A stretch of DNA of 63,495 bases, filler included, from Octopus bimaculoides (Eukaryota), in the NCBI RefSeq assembly GCF_001194135.2. It is 12 parts of 11 records of this genome, joined end to end, with 100 filler letters (N's around TTAATTAATTAA, not from the genome) between each part and the next. Parts side by side here need not be neighbours in the genome. Positions count along the whole stretch, not along the records: positions 16,845 to 33,205 come from NC_068988.1; positions 33,306 to 34,562 come from NW_026373937.1; positions 34,663 to 39,722 come from NC_068994.1; 9 more parts are not named here. The stretch is one strand, 5' to 3'. Numbering within the stretch: position 1 is the first letter of the stretch; the number at the start of each line of letters is the position of its first letter. Of this stretch, positions 25,376-37,536 are shown piece after piece. Position numbers and translations under genes: made by a program. The notes below the pieces were generated by a model that made no database searches, was not told where the DNA came from, and was given only the letters and a program-made list of their open reading frames with translations.

Positions 25376-27824
25376 GATATAAACGAATAATTATATTCTT
25401 GGGAATAGAAATTTCCCTTATGAATTTTTTTACATACTAGCTTCCTGATAAAATTCTTGTAAAAGATTTTAATCTTATTATGTGTCTTGCAAACAACTTG
25501 CACATGCAAGTGCTACCAGTCAAGAACTCCGTATACCGGAAGCCAGCAAGTGTATGAGGTCATCAGGAGAGAATGCGCGCCGTTTCGGGGCCTACCTCTC
25601 GACAACATCAATGCGCACCGGCCCCCCTCACTGATACGAGGCCCCGCTTGCTAGATCAACTGATTATTAAACAAAGCTCAATATTTCTCTAGCTTTGTTT
25701 ATATATATATCATCATCATCATCATTATCATTTAAAGTCTGTTTTCCATACTGGCATGGGTTAGATAGTTTGACAGGAGCTGACCAGTTGAAGGGCTGTT
25801 CAGGTTCTATGTGTGTTTTGGCATGGTTTCTATGGCTGGATGCCTTTCCTAATGCCAACTGCTTTACAGAGTGTACTGGGTGCTTTTACACAGTATCAGC
25901 ATGGGTGCTTTTTTTTTATGTGGCACCAGCACTTATGACCCTGCAAAATTAGGAATGCTCAGCTGAAGAGGGTTGTAGGGGGTGAGGTTGGATGCAAGGG
26001 CAACCATGCTTTTACTTAGCTTGTCGTGTCTTTTCAAAGCATGACAAATGATCAAGAGTCTCAGTCACCTGTCATCCCCTTTGTGAATACCATACAGATA
26101 GATGGAGAGATGGACATTCGGACAATCATACACACAGCTATATATACATACATACATATTACCATACTCTCTGTTGCTTTTTTCCTTGATTTTTCTTTCT
26201 TTTGGTAATGTATTTACTAAGAACTATATGAGAAAACTAAAAATTCTATAAGAAGGCTGCAATGAAAGTGTAATTCTTTGATAATTGGAAACGGGATACA
26301 CACGACAACAATAAATCTGGATTTAAAAATGCATAGGAGTTCACATCCTAAAAAAACATCTGTAATTATTTGAAATGAAAAAAAAATATTATTCAATCTA
26401 ATAAGAAATATATTCTGTAAATTAAACAGCAAATTCATGCGCCATATATGATTAACTTGAAGTTGCAAATGTATGTTAATTCTGATAAGGTATATAACCT
26501 CTTTAGATAAAAATGTTTATAAAACTCCATTATCTAATGGTATCATTAATATATACACAAATATCTCATGCTGACACTCGCAACAAATCTATTAACCTAG
26601 AAATGAAGTAGATCGCATCTTCACTTCAGATATATGACGAAATAGAAGCCTTTGTTCTCTTCTTTCAAGGTTAGAATCATTTTGCTAGCCCCAACCCTCC
26701 AAAAGCAATTCAAGACATTTTAATGGAGGACATAGGTATTGTAAAATCGTTGATAGAAATACTAATAAAGGATTTTACTCTTGTCACCAAGATTTTAGCA
26801 TCTCTACTCTTCTAATTAATGTAAAACATAGGTCTAATAATAGTAATCACCTGGATTAACCAGGCTGTCTGATGTCAAGTCAGCTCCACTAGTCACAGCA
26901 TTTGGTCCATTCCCCCCATGCTCTCACCATTCTCTTCCATGTTGTTCTAAACAATTTTCTTAAATCATCTTCGCACCAAAAAACAAAAGCAGGTATGATT
27001 GCAGGAATGCTGTTTACTGCCCACTCAGTGGAAACTTTCTTACTAGTTTCTTCATATACTGTGCCAAGAAGATCTTCAGTTCTATCATTCTTGGAGTTAG
27101 AAACTGATGAGAGTAATATTAGCTTGACAGTTATAGAATGGACTAACCCTTTTGCTTATTATATTTCTGTTGAAATACACTGCCACTGTTTCAATTAATT
27201 TTGAAAATAATGAAGAATTTAGTAAATGGCTAGAATATTGAGCAAAACCTATCAAGCAGGGCCTCATCTCAGTGATGGGCGGTGGGGCATAATGCAGTAA
27301 TGCTGCTAAGAGGAAGGTCCCAAAACAGCTCACATTTTCTCTTGATGATCCCATCAGCATGTTAGCATCTGGTATGTGGAGCTTTCAACTGGTAGCACTT
27401 GCATCAGTAAGTTGTTTGCAAAGAATCTAAGTTGGTATTTGGAACATAAATATGAAATTTTTATGAAAGGCCTTAATTTAGATGTCTTTAAAACATGAAG
27501 TTTATATAATAAAACTAGAGATGGTTTCAGACAGGTTGGTATGAAAAATGCGAACAGCATCATTGTTAAAAAGAAAATCCTGTTTCATTTTGTACATTGA
27601 TATCATGGATTACTATCCCTTTATTACTCAGTTGCTACTATATTCATTCATTAGCTTTCACCAATATCATTCTACATGTTAAGAAGTGTGTCTTGTTAAG
27701 TTTGGAAATGCCACCTGGGTAAAGAAAAGAAAGAAAGGAATGGAGTGGATTTGTTTGACTTAACTATGGATGAAATCATTGGTTGATATTACAGTTCTAT
27801 ATTTAAGACATGAGGAATTATTTA

Positions 27825-28190
27825 TATTATTTACATTTGGTTTGTTGTTAACACGTTTCAGCTGATATACCCACCAGCCTTCATCAGGTGTCTTGGGAAA
27901 ATTTTGAACTTGGGTTCTCTTTCCTAAAGTATTTTTCAATGTTATTATTATTATTATTCAAGTCACTGCCTGGAATCGAACTCGGAATCTTGGGGTTAGT
28001 AGCCTGTGCTCTTAACCACTACGTCATATGTCCATGGGCAATTATGGAGTGAATTTTAGGGCTTATAAATCTAATATATTCCTATCCTTCCCTAATACTG
28101 GTTCCCATATGCTGTTCACATCTGCATTCGGTCTGCTTAGGAGGTTGTTGTGTCCTAGCATATGTGCTGCTGCTTTTAGTTTCTGGACGT
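27825..28190 (-). mobile_element. Penelope-like element 3' end (inverted arm)
   Basis: Minus strand KLKAAAHMLGHNNLLSRPNADVNSIWEPVLGKD followed by the same 3' module as 29200-29525. Confidence 0.85.
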
Positions 28191-28194
28191 ATTA

Positions 28195-29525
28195 ATAACA
28201 CACATCAAGTATGGATTCAAGACAGCCGTATACCGCAAGCCGACCTTCACCGAAAGATACCTCAACTTCAATTCCCACCATCCATACAGTGTAAAGAGAG
28301 GGATTCCTCAGTCCCTAAAACATCAAGCAAAGAATATAAGTAGCAATCATAATACACACCACGAAGAAATGATCAAGCTCAACAACAATCTATTAAGCAA
28401 CAACTACCCCAAAAACATACTATCCACTCCAGTTATGAAGAAAAGAGTGGATGAAACCAATAAACTGTCCACAGTCTGTCTACCCTATGTGAAAGGCCTC
28501 TCTGAAAAGATAAAAAAGATATGTGCCCCATATGACATCAGGACAGTATTCAAATATCTCCTTCAAGCAAAACCACCAATAGAAGAGAATATGGCCAAAG
28601 ACTACATGTACTCCATTCCATGCAGCTATGGTAGGTTATACAAATGCAAAACATGTCACCCCCTCAAAATAAGGGCAGACGAACATTGCAAATCTGTGGC
28701 AGAAGGAAATATTGATTAATCGGGTATAGCTAATCATGTATGGGAAAATGGAGACCACCCCCTGCTGTGGGATAAAGTTAAAATAATAGACAGAGAACAC
28801 CACAGGAAAATACGGAAATTAAAAGAAGCAGCACATATGCTAGGACACAACAACCTCCTAAGCAGATCAATTGCAGATATGAGTAGCATATGGGAACCAG
28901 TATTAAGGAAGGATAAGTGGCGAGGTGGCAGAATCATTAGCACGCTGGGCGAAATGCTTAACGGTATTTCATCTGCCGTTACATTCTGAGTTCAAATTCC
29001 GCCGAGGTCGACTTTGCCTTTCATCCTTTCGGGGTTGATAAATTAAGTACCAGTTCCACACTGGGGTCTATGTAATCGCCTTAATTCATTTGTCTGTCCT
29101 TGTTTGTCCCCTCTATGTTTAGCCCCTTGTGGGCAATAAAGAGATAAGAATCGTTAACACGCCGGGGGAAATACTTAGCGGCATTTTGTCCGTCTTCTTA
29201 TTGTTTTTTTATTTCTCTATTTTAAAAAATTTAGGAAGGATAGGAAAATATTAGATTTATAAGCCCTAAAATTCATTCCATAATTGCCCATGGGCATATG
29301 GCATAGTGGTTAAGAGCACGGGATTAACTAACGAGTTCGATTCCAGGCAGTGACCTGAATAATAATAATAATAATAATAATAACATCGAAAAATACCTTA
29401 GGACTGCGAACCTAGGTTTGAAATTTCCCCAAGACACCTAATGAAGGCTGGAGGCTATATCAGCCAAAACGTGTTAACAACAAACAAGATGAGGACAAAT
29501 ATCCGTCAAATGTAAATAATGTACA
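28195..29525 (+). mobile_element. Penelope-like element: RT thumb, GIY-YIG endonuclease and 3' terminal repeat, interrupted by a SINE at 28915-29195
   Basis: YRKPTFTERYLNFNSHHP, CLPYVKGLSEKIKKIC, YSIPCSYGRLY.C.T, IANHVWENGDH..WDKVKIID.E..RKLKEAAHM. Confidence 0.88.
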
Positions 29526-29553
29526 TTGGTTGATATGTTTTGAATTTGTTGCA

Positions 29554-29781
29554 TTAACCCTTTAGCATTTAAACCAGCTGTATCCAGCCCAAATATTCTC
29601 GCTGTTTTGATACTGAAACTAGCCTTGTGTAGCCTCTCACACCAACCCTACAATGACATTCTGAAAATAAGCAATCACATCTTTGAAATCTCAAAGCTAC
29701 AGGATAATACATGATTGATACAAAACAATGTGAATAAATAAGCATTACATTTAACAGAATAACGTGAACATGAATGAGTTA
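29554..29781. mobile_element. piggyBac-type MITE; second copy at 30054-30672
   Basis: TTAA-CCCTTTAGC start. Two alignable copies, both with decayed right ends. Confidence 0.55.
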
Positions 29782-30050
29782 CAGGATCCCAGTGTTGGGT
29801 GGAGGGATTTATCATGAGGATAGATTACTTCTTTTACAAAAGATAAATGACCATAATGTTGACAGATTTGGAAAAGATATGTCAATGCCCAGAGAATTTG
29901 AATTACAAAGTACTGTGAAGCACAACCTAGTAAAATTCGATTTTCTAGACGTAATGTGTGATTTAGACTATCAAATTTCTTCCTTGTCAGAATATTAATA
30001 AAAGGTCATTTTATATCAAGGGTTCTAATCATCAGCCAAAATATCCTCTA
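29775..30050 (+). mobile_element. Degenerate PLE reverse-transcriptase fragment
   Basis: GGIYHEDRL (GLYRDDGL-like), KFDFLDVMCDL, YI..SNHQP. Confidence 0.5.
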
Positions 30051-30090
30051 ATATAACCTTTAGCATTTAAACCAGCCATATCGGACCCAA

Positions 30091-30472
30091 GTGGAGGCGC
30101 AATGGCCCAGTGGTTAGAGCAGCGGACTCGCGGTCATAAGATCGCGGTTTCGATTCCCAGACCGGGCGTTGTGAGTGTTTATTGAGCGAAAACACCTAAA
30201 GCTCCACGAGGCTCCGGCAGGGGATGGTGGCGAACCCTGCTGTACTCTTCCACCACAACTTTCTCTCACTCTTACTTCCTGTTTCTGCTGTGCCTGTAAT
30301 TCAAAAGGTCAGCCTTGTCACACTGTGTCACGCTGAATATCCCCGAGAACTACGTTAAGGGTACACGTGTCTGTGGAGTGCTCAGCCACTTGCACGTTAA
30401 TTTCACGAGGAGGCTGTTCCGTTGATTGGATCAACTGGAACCCTCGACGTCGTAAGCGACGGAGTGCCAACG
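30091..30472 (+). mobile_element. Young tRNA-derived SINE with 11-bp TSD ATCGGACCCAA; old copy at about 46020-46270 (-)
   Basis: A box TGGCCCAGTGG, B box GGTTTCGATTCCC. Exact TSD at 30080-30090 and 30473-30483. Confidence 0.9.
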
Positions 30473-30868
30473 ATCGGACCCAAATATTCTATCAGTCTTA
30501 CATTCAAAATGTACAGATTGGACCTCTCACACCTACCACACAGTGTCATTCTAGAAATAAACTATCGTGTCATTGAAATCTTGAAGCTACAAGATAATAC
30601 ACTATTAAATCAAAATAGCGTGAATAAATAAGCATTACATGTGAAAGAGTAATCTGAACACTATAGGGCTAATCTCCCGTCTCAGTTGGTGTATGTAATC
30701 ACCACCAGTCACCCAGATACAGATGCTTTTGCAAAAGCTTTTCATCTCTATAACGTATCATTTAATCGTAGAAGATTTTTAGATAAGACAGCACGCATAT
30801 CGAGACCTGAAGTTCCTATATATAGAAACAGAAATATATGGTATAATCAAAATTTTGCTTAAATGCTG

Positions 30869-31990
30869 TTAAGCTGTCTGGAAAGTTCTAAGTATTTTTA
30901 AGCTAAATCTTTTAACACTTCTTTGAACACAGTTAAGACGTGGGCATTGCTTGAAGTGGTAGTGCATTTCTTCTTCATTCTTTACTAAAGATAGATTTAT
31001 CTTTCATTCCAGTTACCCTTTATTGACATTTGAAATGGATAACCAAAAATTTCATATCTCTTTACCTCTTTTACTTGTTTCAGTCATTTTGACTGTGGCC
31101 ATGCTGGAGCACCGCCTTTATAGTCGAGCAAATCGACCCCAGGACTTATTCTTTGTAAGCCTAGTTCTTATTCTATCGTCTCTTTTGCCGAACCGCTAAG
31201 TTACGGGGACGTAAACACACCAGCATCGATTGTCAAGCGATGTTGGGGGGGACAAACACACACACACACACACANNNNNNNNNNGGCTTTGGTCGGCCTG
31301 AGGCTATAGTAGAAGACACTTGCCCAAGGTGCCACGCAGTGGGACTGAACCCAGAACCATGTGGTTTGTAAGCAAATAACTTACCACACAGCCACTCCTC
31401 CATATTCACGTTCTAATGCTTTCTTTTTTAAAAAAGGAGAAATTTGTGAAGGTTATGGTGATGATATTGTAGGTAAATCAACTGTTCGAAGGTGGTTTGC
31501 AAAATTTAAAGCTGGAGAGTTTAGTTTGGAAGATGATAGTTGCAGTGGAAGACCTTCAACATTGGATGAAGATGCTTTGAAGGCAAAAACCGAAGAAAAC
31601 TCAAATATCAGGGCTAGAGAACTTACAGAGGAGCTTGAAGTTTCTAAAAGTACAGCTTATGAACACCTAGTGAAGCTAGGATACATTTCTCGCTATAATG
31701 TATAGGTCCCTCACAAACTCCCAGAAAAGAACTGCTTGGACCAGTATTCCATTTGCGAGATGCTTTTGAAATGACATGAAAGCATAAAACAACTTGAGAG
31801 TGGAGATGAAAAATGGATTGTGTATGAAAACATAGTGTGGAAAAGATCCTGGAGTTTGTGTAAGGGCCCCCGCCAAAACAGCAACCAAAGATGAATATCC
31901 ATATCAAAAAAGTTATGCTTTGTGTTTGGTGAGATCATAAAGGCATTATTTATTTCGAGCTTCTCCCACAAAACCAGACCATTAATTCTG
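30869..31990 (+). mobile_element. Degenerate mariner transposase, interrupted by a SINE (31059-31400) and truncated by a Tc1 fragment
   Basis: MDNQKFHI/..STVRRWFAKFKAG..LEDDSCSGRPS..*VPHKL..GDEKWIVYEN..KVMLCVW*D.KGIIYFELLPQNQTINS. Confidence 0.9.
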
Positions 31991-31991
31991 G

Positions 31992-32442
31992 TGTGTGCAA
32001 ATTAAAAATAATTTTCTTCAAATCTTCAGACAATTCTTTTGCTTTTGGTGCCATTTTAATTACAATGAAGATTTTCACCACAGTACACAAATCAGAATTC
32101 TTGCAGATGCAATAACAATGACCAGTGCAAACATGCCAGGAGGAATAATTTATTAGGATTAAAATTATCAGCAATATCTGAATTTAGTAAAAAAAAAGTG
32201 GGTAAAATATTGAATAAGCAAATTCCCTTTAGGGTGTCCATATTTTTGTAATGTTTTGAAAATTAATATTTTGTTCATATCTTTAAAAATGTTTATTGTT
32301 TTGTGTTCCAAATTCGTATAATGTTTTCATGCATAATATATTTTATTCAGTATAAATTTTGTTTGATTTCCTTTGATATTATTAGAGCAATGGCAATTTT
32401 ATTGAAATTTTTTAGGGGTGTACATACTTCTGTGAGATACTG
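31992..32442 (-). mobile_element. Tc1-like element left end
   Basis: TA + CAGTATCTCACAGAAGTATGTACACCCCT terminus. Transposase start MAPKAKELSEDLKKIIFNLH. Confidence 0.75.
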
Positions 32443-33162
32443 TATGTATGTTTGTATATATATCATTAATCAAATATATTCTATGAGAATACAATATATT
32501 GAATTTCTAGTAAGTGCTCTTGGTAGGGAAATGTGTAAAACATTAAAAGTATTTAGAAATTTAATGAGAGCGATTATATATTATAAAATAAATGGCTATT
32601 TTTACATTTGCATAAAATATAACAATGACATATTCCAGATTTATATATATGACTATAAAAGGCAAAAATTTAACTACTTTTATTTTCTGCATTTATGGAT
32701 CACACATTGAAGATAACAGAATTATATCTTTATATTACACACAGCCATTATGGATTACTACAGAGGATTTTACCGCGAACTTATAGTATTTCTTCAAAAG
32801 TTTTAGCACAAGACTGTACCAATGTATATGTATGCCAGTAACTTTTAAACAATATCTTTAAACAACATCTTTTTCATATATTTTTAAATAGCATTCGATT
32901 GACTACATGGAAATTCACTCTCTTTCTCTCTGACGAGTGGATGTATTACCTAATAATGATTATCAATCTTAGATTCCATTTCTAAGGGTAATACTTTCAC
33001 AAAACGATTGTAAAATATTTAAAACTTTAGAACTTTTTAAATAATCATACTTTATATATTTATACATCTATCTATTAATACAATATTATTTTGGACGTAT
33101 ATCTTCTGTGATGATTTTGTGATGTAATTTCCCTGCTCTTACAATATAATATAATATAATAT

Positions 33163-33205
<43 letters not shown>

Positions 33206-34248
33206 NNNNNNNNNNNNNNNNNNNNNNNNNNNNNNNNNNNNNNNNNNNNTTAATTAATTAANNNNNNNNNNNNNNNNNNNNNNNNNNNNNNNNNNNNNNN
33301 NNNNNCCAACACCGTGGTTGTGATGGGAGCAAACACAAACACACACACACACACACACACATATATGTCCACAAGTTCACGTACATACAGACACTCGACG
33401 TGCTTCTATACAGTTTCCGTCAATCATTTTCACTCACACTGGCCAGTCCGGGGGCTATAGTAGAAGACACTTGCCCAATATGCCTCGCAGTAGGATTGAG
33501 CCCAGAGACACGGGGTTGCAAAGCTAGCTTCTTAACCATACAGCCTAATCTGTTCCTTTATTTTATTTTTTCTTTTACTTGTTTCAGTCATTTGACTGCG
33601 GCCATGCTGGAGCAGCATGCAACCGAAGGGATACCAGTTTAAAAAAAAATTTTTTTTCTTTTCATCGTTTGCCATTAGTTATAAATTAAACCTCTTAAAA
33701 TTATATTAAATATATTATTATGCATAATATATTTGCATAACATAATAGGGATTAGCCAGAAATCTAAAGACGTCTATTTCGGCGCCAAACAGTTTATACA
33801 ATAAAAATGCAACTTCCCTGCTTACGTTGCAGTCTGCATATTGCAGTAATTGTTGTGTGATTAACAGGTTCGTTGAAGAGATTTATAATTCAATTAGATT
33901 GGTCTCTGAGGAAAAGTGTATTGTTATACGAGATGCCCTTATCAACTTCTGGTTCTCGGAAATTCTCAAATGATATGGAGTTATTTGAAATGTTAACTTC
34001 TCAACGAAATTTCCTCTGAGTTCATTTTATGCTGTCGGCAGCACGATAACCTAGCATGTAAATAGTTCGATTCTTATGATGAAATCTCCATTTTTTTTTT
34101 TTTAGGTGATGCTTTTAAATAGCTGATATATATACATGAACAATAATAATAATGATAAGGAATATTACAAAGTTGGATAGCATTAGCTTTATATATACAT
34201 GTGTGTGTGTGTGTGTACATATATACGTACATATATATATATGTGTGT

Positions 34249-34309
34249 GTGTATTGCCCTAACTCTTCGAAACGCTTAGTTTTAGAATGGTGGCAGCTGA
34301 TGAAGGAAA
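34249..34309 (+). ncRNA. Second copy of the permuted hammerhead-like motif
   Basis: GUGU-A-UUGCC-cuaac-UCUUC-GAA-ACGC-16 nt-GGCAG-CUGAUGA-A-GGAAA. Confidence 0.5.
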
Positions 34310-34470
34310 TGTTCTCTATGTGGCTTGTGTGTTTTCTGTACTCTGTTTATCATTTTGTCCACGTTTTTTTGCAACGTCCTGTACCCAGATATGCATCTAT
34401 ATATACATGTAGATGTAGGTATGCACATACATGTACGTATATATGCATATACACTCACTTATTACGTATA
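34250..34470 (+). mobile_element. Unclassified (probably PLE-terminal) repeat; longer inverted copy at about 57690-58065
   Basis: Two diverged, alignable copies in the window, both carrying the permuted hammerhead motif and ending in (TA)n. Confidence 0.6.
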
Positions 34471-34662
34471 TATATATATATATATATCAGGTCATCCGAT
34501 AAGTTCTGTCTGATTTTACCCTTTTTAAAATTGAATGAAATTTAATAGTATTTTAGAATGTCNNNNNNNNNNNNNNNNNNNNNNNNNNNNNNNNNNNNNN
34601 NNNNNNTTAATTAATTAANNNNNNNNNNNNNNNNNNNNNNNNNNNNNNNNNNNNNNNNNNNN

Positions 34663-34704
<42 letters not shown>

Positions 34705-35994
34705 GAGGTGTATGCATATGTATCGGAATAAGGTGTGCTTGTGTGTATGTGTGTGTGTGTGCGTGTCTGGTTATGCATGTATGCGTGATGGCATCTCTAC
34801 ATTACTGACACCTCTTTATAGACAATAAAAGAAAATCTTGTAATTGAGGAAGTTTGTACGTTGTTGTCTTTCATATTTTCTGTCAAACAAATTGAAATGT
34901 AATTTTAAGTTAATAAGAATAGGAGCAATAGCAACAACAATAACAACAACAATATCGAGGACAATAGCTATAACAAGCATAACAACATCAGTATTTATAA
35001 TAATAGGATAAGGAATGCATACGGAAAACTCACCAGGAAAGATATATTATATACCTACACAGTCACGAACACCGATTTAAGGAAAACATTTTCACACGTA
35101 CATTCAAATCTACTTAAATATGAATTCTTATACACAGATATATATATATATAATTATATGAAAGGGTGCGGATAAACACCACCAACAAGCTAGAAATAGA
35201 TGCCAAATGGCTCTAAAAGCTACATCTACACTACGTTAGCAAAGGTTGTGAACGGGCAGAGGAATAAATAAATAAATAAGATTTTTAAAAAAAGGGATAA
35301 TTATAGATCGATTTCTGGCTTAGGGATACAAAACCCTTTGTTGTCATCAGTATAATATGCGCATAGTATATAAATGCAAATATTTATACATGCCCATGCG
35401 AACATATATATATATATATCCTCACGAATATATACATACATTCGCATGTATATACTAGTTAAATCTCATTTATTCATCTCAACGACGTGCGTTTGCGATC
35501 AAAATAACATCACAGTGAATATAATTTGATCAGGAGTAAATATATATACATATATATATATATATCCTCACGAATATATACATACATTCGCATGTATATA
35601 CTAGTTAAATCTCATTTATTCATCTCAACGACGTGCGTTTGCGATCAAAATAACATCACAGTGAATATAATNNNNNNNNNNNNNNNNNNNNNNNNNNNNN
35701 NNNNNNNNNNNNNNNNNNNNNNNNNNNNNNNNNNNNNNNNNNNNNNNNNNNNNNNNNNNNNNNNNNNNNNNNNNNNNNNNNNNNNNNNNNNNNNNNNNNN
35801 NNNNNNNNNNNNNNNNNNNNNNNNNNNNNNNNNNNNNNNNNNNNNNNNNNNNNNNNNNNNNNNNNNNNNNNNNNNNNNNNNNNNNNNNNNNNNNNNNNNN
35901 NNNNNNNNNNNNNNNNNNNNNNNNNNNNNNNNNNNNNNNNNNNNNNNNNNNNNNNNNNNNNNNNNNNNNNNNNNNNNNNNNNNNNNNNNNNNNN

Positions 35995-36028
<34 letters not shown>

Positions 36029-36404
36029 CGATAGAACCATTTTACAGAGTAATTCTTCAGTTTATTGTTAAATTTTTTATATTATCACTTGATATAAGGC
36101 GGTGAGCTAGAAAAGGCGCCGAGCTGCAAAAAGCGGTGAGCAGAAAAAAGCAGGGAGCTGGAAAAGGCTGCCAGCTGGTAGAATCGTTTGTATGCCTGGT
36201 AAAATGCCTAGAGGTATTTCGTCCAGATTTATGCTCTGAGTTCAAATTCCGCCGAGGTTAACTTTGCCTTTCATTCTTTCGAGCGTCGATAAAATAACTA
36301 CCAGTTGAGCACTGCGGTTTGATGTAATCGATTTAACCCTTATCTCGAACTTGCTAGACATGTGCCAAAATTTGAAACCAATATTGTAACTTAACATAAG
36401 AAGC

Positions 36405-36545
36405 AAGCCCCTTACCTAGACGGGTTGAATTCATGCATCACTGTTGATCAGTTCTATGTTGCATGCTCACGTATTGGTCCTAGCAGACATTTTTTTCAGC
36501 AAATCACCAAACTACAGAGAAAGACATGTTATCCAGGATACAGGA
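36405..36545 (+). mobile_element. Possible Helitron/PIF1 helicase motif VI remnant
   Basis: GLNSCITVDQFYVACSRIG resembles GL.L..CFSHGQLYVACSRVG. Short match. Confidence 0.3.
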
Positions 36546-37488
36546 CTTGCTGAATGAGACATACTTCTGTAAACATTTCTCTTGTATTTTGTGTTGTTTA
36601 TGAATTTTGAAAACCAAGAAATTATAGAGGGGAAACATGGAAATATTATTTTCTTGGGTGACAACTTTAAAATATCAATAAACACAGTAGCAAAAGTTTC
36701 GCACTTCATAGAAACCAGGAAACATTCAAATTTAGACATGTAACGACATTACTATAAAATATTTGTAAATATAATTACATTCAAAATAACACCATAAGAA
36801 TTTCAGTTTAGTCGTGTAAGTCAATAACAACAGCATTTTCCTCCATTCTTCTGTTTTATATATGAGCATGTTTATTATGTACGCGCATGTGAATAGATAT
36901 ACAGGGAAAGAGAGATATACACATATGCACATACATATGTGTGTGTGTATGTTTTGTGTGTGCATATCGGTGTATATGTAGTTACGTATGTATGTATATA
37001 TGTATACAAGTACGTATTTATGTATACATCTATTTACACATATATATATATAAGCATGTACGTTTGCATGTACGTATGCACATATTTATGTTTATAAGTA
37101 CTGAGGCCTAGAGGCATTTCGTCCGGATTTATGCTCCGAGTTCAAATTCCGCCGAGGTTAACTTTGCTTTTCATTCTTTGTTTGAAATTTTAAGGTGTTT
37201 CCATTATTTTGTCCAACCTCTGTAGATATGCCTGTATGTGTATGTACGTATACATACATGTATAGGTAAGGAAATATCAAAGGATGTTTCTTTCTCATAC
37301 GTATATGTGAGTGAAAAATTCGATTTGTATGTGTTTGTAAATATCTTTTGGGGCGTGTGTCTGTGTGTGCTTGTGTGTATATGTGTACGCTTATATATGT
37401 TCCAGTGGTGTGCGTACGTATACATCTGTATTCATATTTAACTATGTACATAAATGATTGTTTTCTGATAATGTGTATATAGCGATCA

Positions 37489-37536
<48 letters not shown>

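Noticed and set aside
27960-28035. tRNA-like sequences (here, at 30091 and in SINE heads)
   Set aside because: They lack a complete cloverleaf and acceptor stem and are embedded in repeats, so they are not called tRNA genes.
33868-33975. Plus-strand acceptor followed by FVEEIYNSIRLVSEEKCIVIRDALINFWFSEILK*
   Set aside because: It is too short, with no partner exons or recognisable domain.
35405-35671. Identical ~120-bp tandem repeat ending in a gap
   Set aside because: It cannot be distinguished from an assembly artefact without reads.
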